Source: Lingula anatina
Taxonomy: Eukaryota; Animalia; Brachiopoda
Length of the DNA: 64,000 nt
Assembly: GCA_051362555.1 (NCBI GenBank)
Contig: CM120647.1
Location: forward strand, 12,066,651-12,130,650
Direction of reading: 5' to 3'
Position numbers and translations under genes: made by a program. Below, in pieces: positions 1 through 24,813 of this stretch. Positions within the stretch are counted from its first letter, which is position 1; every line of letters starts with the position of its first letter. The notes under the pieces are model-generated. The model ran no database searches. It was not told where the DNA came from and was given only the letters and a program-made list of their open reading frames with translations.

Positions 1-104
1 ATAATATTTTATAAATGAGTATAAATTAAAACGTACAACTCAATGAGAAAGAGAAAGAGTGAAATATAAATGATTATTCGATAACTGATGACATTATTTC
101 TCAC

Positions 105-11492
<11,388 letters not shown>

Positions 11493-11570
11493 ATTTGCAA
11501 GATTCGGTACTCAAGGTGTAATTTTGAATGAATCCACAAACCAACTGTAAAGTCTCCGAAGAGGAGGAGC

Positions 11571-11580
11571 TTTATTTATA
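11571..11580 (-). promoter_or_regulatory. TATA box of paralogue A
   Basis: GGGG-TATAAATAAA-G on the minus strand about 80 bp upstream of the ATG; same position in B. Confidence 0.6.
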
Positions 11581-12430
11581 CCCCAAAAATGTTGTCGACG
11601 TGTGCCGTTCACAACCAATGTCAATATCATTTCGGATGCAATTAAAAAGAGCAAATTTTCAACCCTTCTTTGCATTAATCCGTAATTAGTCATTAGCGTT
11701 CTGCCTACATTTCCTTTAAAAATTAATGCAAAGTTGATACAAAATCAACGAAAGTTTGTACAGCTTGGGTAATTTTTTTTTTTGTTTAATTTTGCGTGAT
11801 ACAGTGCGACTTGATGCCGTGATACACTGCGACTTGATGCATACTGTACATATACATTTTAGATTTCTCTCTCTCCCTCTGTCTATTCCTCTATTTTTGC
11901 ACTTTTTCAGCGAGTAATTATTTTTATGATTCAAGGAAATCCACCACTAGACATCCCCCCTTGACAATCCCCCGTTAAATTCCCCACCCCCTCGCACAAG
12001 ACACCCCTCTTCCCAGGAAAGACAATGCACTTATTTTGAATAACCTATTTGAGGAATTTATATATTGAACATTTTACTGATAATAAGAAAGCAGTCAGAA
12101 AATGAAATAAAACGAAAAGTATTGTTTTAATTATAAGATTCAGAAAACTCACTCAGGTGTATAAACATAGAGAGCTAATCTTGAATTATTGGATGTTGTA
12201 GATCCAAATCTACCTCAAGTGGCCTAAACTTACGGAAGATAAGATATACTTAACATGTTTTGCCGTAACAAAATAACATATATTATTTCTATTTCATTTT
12301 TCTAAAACTGTGATCTGTCCCACAGTATTATATTTGATTACATTCAGAATGTGACAACTGGTCTTCTAATGAGACAATTATCCATCTGTAGGAAGAGTAG
12401 AATTGATTCAGTTACCACTAGCAGATATCT

Positions 12431-13107
12431 CATATCAGGGTGGGAGGCTTTGAGATAGTTCAGATTACAATTTAATTAATTAATTAATTAATTAATTAAT
12501 TAATTAGCTAAGTTGTCAGTACATTTATACATTTATTTGTTTACTTTATTTTCTTATTATTTCATTTCCTTAAATAATGATCAAAATACAGCGAATTTCT
12601 GCTTCAAGCTCAAAGGGTAAAAATAAAAATGTTATGTATTAATAGTACATAATGATGTGGATCAAAATACCACCTGCAGGTGGAAAAAAGGAAGACGTAT
12701 AACGAATAAAAAAAAACAAGAAAACACGTGTAATAATTTCTAATCTTTGAGATGGAGTATACATAAAAACATCGGCTGCTGTCTAGGTTAAGCGTTGTAA
12801 GGTGTACTTACAAATAATTTAATACTATCTATTTGATAGTTGATATTTTCCTATTCCAAATGTTTGTTATAAACACAGTATGTGTAATAAGTAAACTGTT
12901 AGTGCAAAAACCAATTACTTTTTGCGGACTGATGGTTCGGAGCGATGAAATATTATGGTCATTCTTGACCAAACGCCTGTTTTACATTGTTAAAACGTGT
13001 CTTAACACAAAATGTATAATTCATTGTGGCCTTTTTGTTCATAAGCTGTAGGTGAATACAAACGTTCTCGCTTGGTGAGTTTCTTTTAAGAGGGTCCCAT
13101 GCGTGTG

Positions 13108-13151
<44 letters not shown>

Positions 13152-15842
13152 GTGTGTGTGTGCGCTTGTGTGTGTGTGGGAGAGTTTAGTGATCACAGTC
13201 CTCGGCAAATACAGACATGGCATATCAGGGTGGGAGGGTTTGAGTTAGTTAAGATTACGATGTAATCCATTGGCGTATTTATTTATTACAACATATTTAT
13301 TCATTTCTACATGTTTCTAAAGAAATTCATTTATTGATCGCCCTTTTAATTAATTCATTAATTTATTTATTTATTTCCTTTATTTTCTTATTTTTTCATT
13401 TCATTAAAATATGATCAAAAATAACGTATTTCTGCTGAAAGCTGAAAGGGTCAAAAAAATAAAAAAAAAACGTTATGTATTATAGTACATAATGATGTGA
13501 ATCAAAATAACACCTGCAGGAGAAGAGCACAACTGAAAACAGGAAACATAAAGATAAAATAATTAGAAACAAGAAAACACGTTTATAATTTCTAATCTTA
13601 AAGATGGATTTTTCATAAGATCATCAGCTGCCGTTGGTTAAGCGCTGTAGGGTACACTTACGAATAATTTAATACTATCTATTTGATAGTTGATACTCTC
13701 CTATTCCAAATGTTTGTTATAAACACAGCATGTGTAATAAGAAAACTGTTAGTGCAAAAACCAATTACTTTTTGCGGACAGATGGTTCGGAGCGATGAAA
13801 TATTTATGCGTCATTCTTGGCCAAACGCCTGTTTTACATTGTTGAAACATTTGTGTAAATAAAGCTTCTAATCATTGTGGCCTTTCGCTTCATTATCTGT
13901 AGGTGAATAAAAACATTCTCTCTTGGTGAGCTTTCTTTTAAGAGGGTTTTATGTGTGTGTTTCTGTCTGTGTGTTGGGGAGGGGGGGGGGGGTAGTGATC
14001 AAAATCCTCGGCAAATAAAGACATGGCATATCAGTGTGAGAGGGTTTGAACGAGTTACGGTTACGATGTAATCAATTGACGGATTTATTTAATTATTTAT
14101 TACAAAATACTAATTTATTTCTATTTATTTTTAAGAAATTCATATATTGATCCCCCTTTTATTTTTTTATTGATTTATTTTTATTTTTTGGTTTTATTTA
14201 TTTTCTTATTATTTCATTTCAATAAAATGTGATCAAAAACAACGAATTTATGCTTCAAGGTCAAAGGGTAAAAATAAAAATGTTATGTATCTATAGTACA
14301 TAATGGTGTTGATCCAAATACCACCTGCAGGAGAAGAGCACCACTAAAAATAGGATACATAAAGATAAAAGAATTAGAAACAAGAAAACATGTACTATAA
14401 TTTCTAATCTTAAAGATGGATTTTTCATAAGATCATCAGCTGCCGTTGGTTAAGCGCTGCAGGGTACACTTACGAATAATTTAATACTATCTATCTGATA
14501 GTTAATACTCTCCTATCCCAAATGTTTGTTATAAACACAACATGTGTAATAAGTAAACGGTTAGTGCAAAAACCAATTACTTTCTGCGGACAGATGGTTT
14601 GGAGCGATGAAATATTTATGTGTCATTCTTGGCCAAACGCCTGTTTTACATTGTTGAAACATTTGTGTAAATAAAGCTTCCAACTCATTGTGGCCTTTCG
14701 CTTCATTATCTGTAGGTGAATAAAAACATTCTCTCTTGGTGAGCTTTCTTTTAAGAGGGTTTTATGTGTGTGTTTCTGTCTGTGTGTTGGGGAGGGGGGG
14801 GGGTAGTGATCAAAATCCTCGGCAAATAAAGACATGGCATCTCAGTGTGAGAGGGTTTGAGCGAGTTACGGTTACGATATAATCAATTGACGTTTTTATT
14901 TTATTATTTAATACAAAATATTAATTTATTTCTATTTATTTTTTTAAGAAATTCATATATTGATCCCCCCTTTTATTAATTTATTTATGTAATCAATTTA
15001 TTATTATTATTATTATTTTTTTTTTTTTGGGTTTTCTTTATTTTCTTATTTTTTCATTTCATTAAAATATGATCAAAAACAACGAATTTCTGCTTCAAGA
15101 TCAAAGGGTAAAAATAAAAATGTTATGTATTAATAGTACATAATGATGTGGATCCAAATACCACCTGCAGGAGAAGAGCACCACTGAAAATAGGATACAT
15201 ATAGATAAAAGAATTAGACCCCATTCCCACAGATTTTAGATCTATATATCCCTGTAGGGAGTCTCACTAGATTACTGTCAGGTTAGCAGGCTTAAGCGTC
15301 TGTCCCGCCCACTAAAAGCTGTAAGGGGGTAATTAACTGCGCGCTCGACCGACTGCAATTTCGCGTGAACCCCCAGGGAGATAGGTCGATCCGGATGGAT
15401 CGATGTAAATCTCTGGGAATGCACTCTTAGAAATAAAAAACACATTTCTAATCTTAAAGATGGATTTTTCAAAAGCTGCCGTTGCCGTTGCCGTTGGTTA
15501 AGCGCTGTAAGGTAGACTTTCGAATAATTTAATACTATCTATTTCATAGTTGATACTGTCATGTTTGACATGTTTGTTGAAAAACACAGCATGTGTTAGT
15601 AAGTAAACGGTTAGTGCAAATACCAATTACTTATTGCGGACAGATGGTTCGGAGCGATGAAATATTTATGTTGCGTCCTTGACAAATAGCCTGTTTCACA
15701 TTGTTGAAACATTTGCGAACACAAAGCTTCTGATTCATAATTGCCTTTCGCTTCATTATCTGAAGGTGAATAAAAACGTTCTCTCGTGGTGAGCTTCTTT
15801 TTAAGAGGGCCCCATGGGGTTAGTGATCACAGTTCTCGGGAA
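12431..15842. repeat. Four tandem copies of an about 800-bp unit upstream of paralogue A
   Basis: Units start at about 12431, 13221, 14027 and 14838. Each has CACCTGCAGG, TTAAGCG(C/T)TG, TTAGTGCAAA..CCAATTACTT and GGAGCGATGAAATAT. One copy upstream of B (about 41745-42312). Confidence 0.9.
15217..15426. mobile_element. MITE with 3-bp TTA target duplication (PIF/Harbinger-like)
   Basis: TIRs GACCCCATTCCCACAGATTT / AAATCTCTGGGAATGCACTC, TTA on both sides. The empty site is seen in the other 800-bp repeat units. Confidence 0.75.
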
Positions 15843-18800
15843 ATTCACAAATCACAATAATTAAAACTCAATTCATATATTTCATTCAGAATGCATTAAA
15901 TGGGAGATGAAAGTCACGAATAACTGAGTATAATGACATCGTTCTTCGAACGACAAAGAACAAAAAAGCCTTATTCTCGAATCACTATAGAATTGGGTTC
16001 TTCACGGATCACGCTTTATAAAATGAACAACACGCGCTTCTCGGGAATTAAACATAGCCTTTACGGGTAACGAAAATACCCAGATAGACTCTCTTTTAAC
16101 AGGACGATCCGCTGAGAAGGGTAGACGGAAAGTTAGCGTCACGTTAGACGTTAGAAGTGTTTAAAGACCAAGGAAGAGAAAGGTGTGTCTGAGGGAAAAT
16201 AACTCCTATGGCAATCATAGAAACTGCGAGACCGTCGAGGTAAATGACACCCTTCTTTATACACGTACCGTAAAATCAGCTTAAGAATACAAGGCCATTA
16301 TATTAATCATTTTACTTAAACAAATCGCACTACGTGAAAAATGCAAATGCGTTAAGGTCAATAAAATGTGAATAACACGGTACCTAGTGTTATAAAATAC
16401 ATCTTCACTTTAGATTCAAATATAAATAACGAATGAAAGGCCAATATTATAAAACAAAGTCTGTTCAATTTTATAAATTCAAATAATAAACGCCCACCCA
16501 TTTAAAGCTATCAGAAAGGGGACACCCTAAAATTGTGGAAATGGTTTGGCTTCATTGTTGTCATTTGACTCTTTTGGTCTCTTCCACCAAAAACAATCAT
16601 CACACCTGATATATTTTGGGTAAAGCCAGTCTTAGGTCCGAGCGTTATGTAACCTTCCTACCCTTGGAATATATTCATGTTTAGGGCAATTAAAAAAAAT
16701 AAAACAGCCCAAGTCTTTAGTTTTATTAAACCTTTTTTTTTTGTAAGTCGGACATAATTATACACTGTATATTCAATTATAGGGTAGAGAAAATATAATA
16801 TTTAGTCCTTTCCCATGTACGCCAACTCACATATGGAAATTGACAAGTTTACTTCGTTGTAATTAGCCACGCCTGATAGATTTGTGGCACGCAGGAATTA
16901 GTAAGATTCCATACAAACTCTCGGCCTCTCAGAAAGAGGCTTGCGTACCTGACCTGTAGCCCGCATGAGTGCAATAAATAACGCTGGCTGCTGTGTTCTT
17001 TTTGTGTACCTGCAGTCACTTCAAAAATGGGTACCCAAACAGCCCGGAAGCCACTGGTCTGCCGCTAGGTGGCTATTAAACAAACCGGAAGTTCGAGAAT
17101 TTGAATTGGGCAATATTTTTTGAGATTTATAGGGTGTCATAAACGGTGTATTATCTCGGCTATAAACGTACTTGGGGTTACAATATGTACATTGTCATAT
17201 TGAGAAATAAATTTCGAATAATGTGAGATGACCCAAAAGTTGATCTACAGCATATTTAATGTTGAAAAATGAGTTTGAAATCGAAATTTTATTAAAGCTA
17301 TTACGGAAGTTCGTTTTTGATTTTGATTTTTGTACCTATAGAGGCCTCCGCACAACTTGAAATTACTACAAGTTGTGGAAAATTTATTCAGCTTTCTGTC
17401 AATGTAAGCATGTAAAGAACTTTGCCTTAAGCTGTGAATGGCACAAATCAATTCACGGCCATGTCAGCCTGAAAACTCTCACTTACGATATCCGCATATA
17501 AGCCTCGCTTTGACTTAGTGCTTTCTCATGAGCTTCAGTCTCGTTTTAGTTTTTCCTTCACACAGTATTACTTATATAGAGCAACTGGGTATTGGAAATA
17601 ATTTTTTTCTTGGCACTTACCACGGTGCTAATACAAATGAACTTTAACATTTTTTTTCATTGTAGATAAACCTTTTTATTACATGAGGCCAACTGATGAG
17701 GGTATTCCTTTCATTAAATATGAAACATAACAAATGAAAGACAATTTACATTTAATCACATTGCTATATATTTTATTTTAATTTTACATAAAATTCAACT
17801 AGCCTGAAATATTTTACCAGTGAGACAAGTAAAGGAGCATACCAACGTTGTTTTGAAACGATGTGGTAAGCCTGTCAGTGGCGAGTTGGGGAGAAAAGAG
17901 CAGCACTGATAGCAAGGTACTGTGTACACGTGAACCGGCAAAGTTAATGATAATTTCATGTTGCAAAAGCATAATTAAATCAGTTAGTTATTTTCCAAAC
18001 GATATTATTTGAATAGCAGATACATAGATCAAACTAAAAACATTAAAAAATTTTGATGAAATTGAAAATCAAAACCTGCGGTGCACGATAGGTTGAGGAG
18101 GACACTGCCACAGTAAGTAATGCATGAATTTTGTTACATAACACCATATGCTTGTGTCGTTGTTAACTCTGTGGTATTATTACTGCTCATATTAATACCT
18201 GATATTATTTCTCAGGCTACCAAGTACAAATCAACTTATTTTGTGGCAATTGACCTCCATGTTTCATCATGTGTGCAGGCTGTTTATTATTATTATTATT
18301 ATTATTTGTTCAAGCACATTTTGATAAAGTGGCTATGCTTTAACAAGAGAAAGTCAAAAATTATGCTGAAGTTTAAAAGATTAAATCATCAGTAGTATGT
18401 ACAATTAAAGCTATTTGATTATGCATATTTGATTTTCAATTATCTTGATTATGGTATGAGGTTTCTGCCTTTTTCTCTTGCCCTCAAAGCAATGTATTAC
18501 AAGTAAATTGATAGTGCTTTATTACAATTTTGGCTTAATACTTTCAGATGTAAAACTGTTTAGATGTTGGTATAGCTGTAGAGATTCATGTGAGCATAGA
18601 TCAGGGGAAATGGTATTAGGGAAACTAGGAGGACAAGACAGATAATGTACTAGTAGATCCATCATCACAGCAAGGGTAGATGGTGTGATCTTGCCCCTGA
18701 GGCTGTGCCACAAGTTTTCTACTGGTTGAGTCCTTACTAAGACAAGCAGCTGCGGTGTGAATCGCAATATGTACACTATAGCTAATAAGTCCCCGGTCAC

Positions 18801-20679
18801 TTTAATAGCACACGCTGTCTACATCAGACGCGCTAATGCGCACGTCCCCGACAGTGTTAATGATAGGGGGATTACGATGGACAGCGCATGTTGCTCACAG
18901 CAGTAGGCACTGCCGCCGAAGTTAAACCGGTAATTAAGTCTTTAACTTGACTAAACATGTTTTGCTTTGTAACTTGCGTCCTTCAGTCTTGCTGTTGCGG
19001 AAGCGCCGGCGGGACATATCTCCACCTTGCCGATATTTATCCCGACTCTCGACTTTAAAAGTATAATTGGTTTTGATTTTATCAAAGTCTTATTATATCA
19101 GAAAACCTGCATATTTTCATACGTACATCAGGGATAAAAAACAACACCTTGCAGCACTATTACCTATTATTCATCACCAGAAGTTACTGTTTCACTTTTT
19201 TCTCCCAAATTACAAAGTCTGATGACAACTGAAAGCCATACCTCAGGGCAGTGGGAGATAGTCTGGATTTGATTAAATGTAATAAAAGTATATTTTGAAG
19301 AATTTTCGTAGCCTTCGGCAATTTCCGCAAAGCTTCGGCATGCGCGGCAATACAGAGCTGTCGATATCTGTAAGCGTGAACAATAGAATTGGTGGAACAA
19401 CGGGTAACGTCGTTGAGTCGTCTGTAACCTACCCGACGGGAGTTCGTGTCCCTGTCGCTACTTTTGAAGATTTTGAAATTGTCATTATTATAAATATCTA
19501 TTAATATATAAAACAGTCGTGGCTAATTGTTTTTGCAACGGAAAGCACAGTAGGAAGGTTTGTTGTTATTGTTAAAGTTATTATTACTGGGGACATAAAT
19601 TAGTATGCTAATCTCTTATCATGGTACAATGATTGATACGATGGGTATCAAATAGTTTTCCTTTGATATAAACAACAAAAGAGCGGCCTTCCAAATATCT
19701 TTGCTGAATGTTTATAACGTTGGTACTATTATGCGCAAAAATATTGATACATGACGCAAACGACATTTACTAATTTTGGTAATATCAATTTTAATTAAAA
19801 TTAAATTTAATTGAAATTAAAATTAAAATTTGTCTAAACGTGCATATTACCATTCACCTTGTTTAAAGGGTTCGCAACACTTTACATTCTAATACATTTT
19901 GCCAATTTTCATGTTTGCTAGTTTATTTTGATTTGAGAGAAAGCTAGAGAAGACCCTCTACTAGGGCCGCAAATTAATTGAGTATTTTTCTTCAGTGCAA
20001 GAGACTCTGTAATGAAAAATCAATCTGTAACTCTGGTATAGGGTGGCCTTGTGTGTGTAATAATATACAAGTAGGGGCAGGGGTACAGTTTTATAGTACA
20101 AATAGTCATTTTATACATCTCATCGTCGGGTCATTGTTTACAATAGCGCTTTGTCGCTGTGCGTACCTTTTTGCATTTGAGTTAGACTCAGTCAGTAACA
20201 GCTGGTGATTTTGTCTTTTTGCGTTTCATTGACAATATTTTGGCCACCTAAGTAGGGAAATGTGGCTCTTTGTTTTGAAATGACATTTCCATTGTTCCTT
20301 TGAACATGCAAAAGTCAACACACTTACGTCAACATACTTACTTTGTAATACCAACCCAGGGGAAGAAACAAAAGCCTCATAAGGTGTCGTCATTCACACT
20401 GTAAAAGGTGTTAATATCATGCTTCTATTGTTTGCCCATGAATCATTATGACAAATTTGTAGGGTTGCCAGATCACTGGCGCTTCATTCAATTCTCTATA
20501 TCTGCCCTGCAGCCTGGGATGAGTGATACTTGACTGACCTTTGTTTACATCTGGAGATTTTCTTTATAATTCGATCAGTGTGCATAAATTATGATATTTT
20601 CCATCAGGAAAAATACGTGATAATGTTACGATTCTTATTTTACGGATACATAATTACAAAAATTAATTCCTGATTTAAT

Positions 20680-21700
20680 ACCCCCTATTTCAGCGCCTAT
20701 TCCTGGCTGCGTTAATTATGGGGGGTTGGAAAGTAATCCGTTAGAACGCAGGAGTGATGATTGCTACTCTTACCAACGGTGCATCACCGATCAACTAATC
20801 TCAGCCACCTGAAGCAGAATCACCTACAAAAGACAAATTGGACTACATCTGCCTTCTTGTTGAGACATCTTATGTAAAAAAGGCGATAACGGTCAAAACA
20901 TACGTGCTTCGTGGTTTATAAAATGTTAATCGTATTTTTTCGTTCGTTATTCTTATGAGTTAAGCAGCTTCACCTCCGTGACTCCCTTTTTATTTATTTA
21001 AACCATTGTTAGATAAACCATGGGTTTCACTCCAGATTTTACGATCGAGCAGCTGATCATGAGGAGAGTGTAGCATGCTATAGTAAACTACCCCAAATAT
21101 ATATACAACACCTCCAGGGTTTCACGATCGAGCAAGTGATCATGAGGAGAGAGTGTAGCAGAGAACTTCATTAATGGTCGTCATAATTGGTGGTTGCCTT
21201 GGGAAAATGAGTTACATGATTACATAATACAGATACATAATAACATAAGATTAATACTAAAATTTTCCCTGATACAAAAACCCCTATTTGAGCGCTTATT
21301 CCTGACTGCGTTAATTACGGGTGATTAGAAAGTAATCTATGAGGACGCAGGAGCGATGATCGCTACTTTTACCAACGGTAAATCACCGATTTACTTGACT
21401 CCGCTACTTCGAGCAAAATCACACACCACCAAAAGACAAATTAGACCACGTTCGTCCTCTTATTAAAACAAAGAATGTAAAAATGTGATGTCGGTCAAAG
21501 AAGAGGCCTAGACTACGTGCTTCATGGTTTATTAGATAGGCCTATTCATTGGATTTTTTTATTTCATTATTATAGCTTCACCTCGCGAGACCCTTTTTTA
21601 TATATTTAAAACACAGCACCCCACTGGTTTCGCGATCATGAAGAAAGGGAGTGTAGCAAAGAACCTCATTAATGGTCGTAATAATAGGTGGTTGCATTGT
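20680..21700. repeat. Diverged tandem duplication (starts about 600 bp apart)
   Basis: CCCCTATTT..GCGC.TATTCCTG.CTGCGTTAATTA at about 20681 and 21281; CATTAATGGTCGT.ATAAT.GGTGGTTGC at about 21170 and 21668. Confidence 0.75.
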
Positions 21701-24700
21701 AGGCCTAACCTTGTTCATTTTAGTCGACAGACTAAGCTAGAAGAAAGAAAAGATCATTATCGCCTCTCTTTACTTAGGAACAATAAGGATGGCTAGTGGC
21801 AGCATTTATAAGTTCTTTTATTTAGAAACTTTCCGATCCTTTGTCTGGGACTGCGTCCGAGAAACGGCGATAACGACAGAGACGTCCTCGAACATTTTGG
21901 ACTCAGTGCAAATAAAAAAAAAATCCGTTAAGAAGTAGCCTTTAAATGTCCTGGCAAATAATTTTGCGATGGCTCAGAGAGTTCTAGAATGAATGACAAG
22001 CATCGACATTAGGGTTAATAATAGACTAAAAACTATCAGAGTGTAGGCCTGTCTTACTTCATTTCTAAGGCCATCTTGTGATACGAGTCATGCTACACTA
22101 CAAAAGAGGGGGTAGCAGTGGATGATTTAATACAGGGATACCATCGAAAGTATATAAATAGAAAATCGCAATCCTCAAATGTTTTTTAATTCATTAAATA
22201 TAAACGGTCTTTTCTCGTACAATGGGTCTGGTATAGTTGTATTGGCCTATCAGTTGGAAACACGTGGTTCGTCTACAATTGCAAATGGCGGAGGTGCCGT
22301 GGTAGTTATTGTCGTAAAATTAGCTGGATACGGTGCACGTGAGAAAATTATTCATTAAATTTAGTTTTCGAGCGTCAGCTTAATCTGGTAAAATGCGAGA
22401 CGAAAAAAATGATAGATAGAGCCTTATGACCCACTGTAGAATGATGCCGAATAATACATCAACGACGTACAATGTAGTTTATAGGCAGATAAACGTGTTT
22501 CCATTCTCGGCTGACTGAGGAAAGGTTTGAGAGAGCATTTAAAGAAGAGGCGGTCGAACCAATAGTGAGTAGGAAGTGTGCTGCAATCAAGACGAACAAT
22601 ACCGATCATAAGTGGACAGCTAATAACCCCTAATTAACCCCGGGTTACGCGCTGCTGTGTTGACTCCTTGCTGGGAAGGGGTAGCGGCCTCCTACTGCTG
22701 TGCGTAATCAACATGCGGCTACACGACGGTTGCATTGTATTAATAAAGTAATACCTATTCATAAGGAAGGGGGCGGATAGTAATCTTACGAGAATAAAAT
22801 CAGTTATCGATCATACGCGTACCAATAGTCGTGTTTTTTTTTAGCTATACGGTACATTCAGGTTATACGTGACAGATTTATGACAAAAGAACCCTTCACA
22901 ATATACTTACTAAGGAGTTATTCTTGTGTCTATGCCTCATCAAAAGTACACAGTTACAGTGACTAGAGCATTGTCTGCAAATAGTGTGGCAGTGAAGGCT
23001 GCAAGGTGCCATTGTTTTTCAGTATTAAGAATGACAGTATCTGTTTTTTATTTATATATTTATTTTTTTATTATTCATTTTTGATGGGAAGGAGACTCAC
23101 TTTGTTCTTTCTATGCCCATTCAGTTAAGGGTTGGTGGCAATATATGGTAAATCTGTCATGCCTGTATGTAGAATTTCTCTTGCTCAAATTTCTACATTT
23201 ATTGAATGCAATATGAAGTTTCCTGACTGATTAATGAGGTTACTTGTAGAAACATCTTGCCTACACACATTTTGTGATATTTTTACTACTTTATACATAT
23301 GATTAATATTTTATTCACATTTCATCAGTGGTGTGTGAAAGGTATTTGCATTTTAGAACTGTAGATCTGTGTACCAGCAGGGTTATACTGCAGTAGTATC
23401 TGTTAATATTTCTAAAAATAAGCTTCATGTTTGATAATTAATTGGTTTGAAATAAATAAATAACCCAAATAAAATCAATTCATTTTATATTTCACATAAT
23501 CTGTTTTTATTATTTCTTCTAAGCATTTAATCATAACATCTCCCATCATTATACTGTTATTGTGTAATAACATTGAAAGTTTCCAAGTTTTTATTAACAG
23601 GTTGATGCTAACGTATTACAAATAAATATAAGCATCAAAGCATATTTCCTTACTCAAAGGTAGCAAACCTACCACTGGTATAATACCGGTAATGATACAG
23701 GTAAAGATGACAGCATTGATAACTGGGTTTACAGCATGGTTGCATAGTTAGTGTCAGATTGTTATCTGATAAAGTTTGCTACTAGTACCTAGGAACAAAA
23801 GGTCTGGCACTTGACAATCAAGTTGATAAAATCACAAAACGCCTGTAGAAAATAGTGCATACCTGCCCAACATTGATTTGTTCAGATTCTTGACTAAGGG
23901 GTGCATTACTAGTGTCAAGGGCCAAGACTTGAACTTAGGGGTTTGGCATGTCACTGGACATTCCTCTCGATTTCTGCCCAAATCTAATAAAGCCTCAGTT
24001 GCTTAACTTTCGCCAAATTTCCAATATCTACAGGTCGTGTTGTTTAATGCTTGGGGTCTCTTCTCTGGCGGCGGTTAATTGGGGACACCTGTGCGGCCTG
24101 TCAACGCACCAAGACCCACTTTTGCCAGTGTCACATTTTCCATTGCCGTAAATATCAATTTTGTGAAAAGAATGAGGAATAATGACAGTTATGAAAAATG
24201 TTTGGAAGTACCTGTCACCTTCGCAACAGTATCATGGGCTGTGCTGCCCCCCCACCACAGGCGACACCTTGCGGAGCAAGCGTGCGTAATCCAGGGTGCA
24301 ACTGAAAATAACCTTGTCGCGCGACCTTATTGCATCCTAATGTCCACTAAGGTAAAGCTTGTGTCAACTCTGTTCTAAATGATCACAGACACTGTTCCTC
24401 TATGTTCATAAAAGACACAGCTGTTCACTTATTGTGCATTCGAATTCCAGCAAATATCGCGAACATCTGAGTAAACAGTCACAGGCGATCCATCGTATTC
24501 GACTATGACACCCGTTCTGAAAATTTTAAGCATTATCACAAGAGAGAGCAAAGCGTTTTTAATTGAATCGATTTTAGTATCGTAGCTGTATTCTAGCCCC
24601 TGATATTCTTGCCGAGTGTAATAATACTCCTTTTTCCTAGCTATGACCGAGTTCTAATTTCTCCAAAGTGAGGCATCGACAGGTCGAAGCAAGATTGTAG

Positions 24701-24773
24701 GCTTGTAAAATGGGATTTCTTTTATAAAGTTTATAGCGTGGCAAGCATCACAACTATTTTTTTATTATTTCTA

Positions 24774-24813
<40 letters not shown>

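Noticed and set aside
11511-11693. Short ORF conserved with 39644-39865 (MTNYGLM.RRVENLLFLIAS)
   Set aside because: Overlaps the TATA and promoter block; similarity is explained by the duplication and promoter conservation.
12431-15842. Possible CRISPR-like array
   Set aside because: 800-bp whole-unit duplications with no short repeat/unique spacer pattern, no cas genes, eukaryotic context.
17693-17730. CTGATGA...GAAAC hammerhead-like string
   Set aside because: No stem II closing onto GAAA and no matching stem I.
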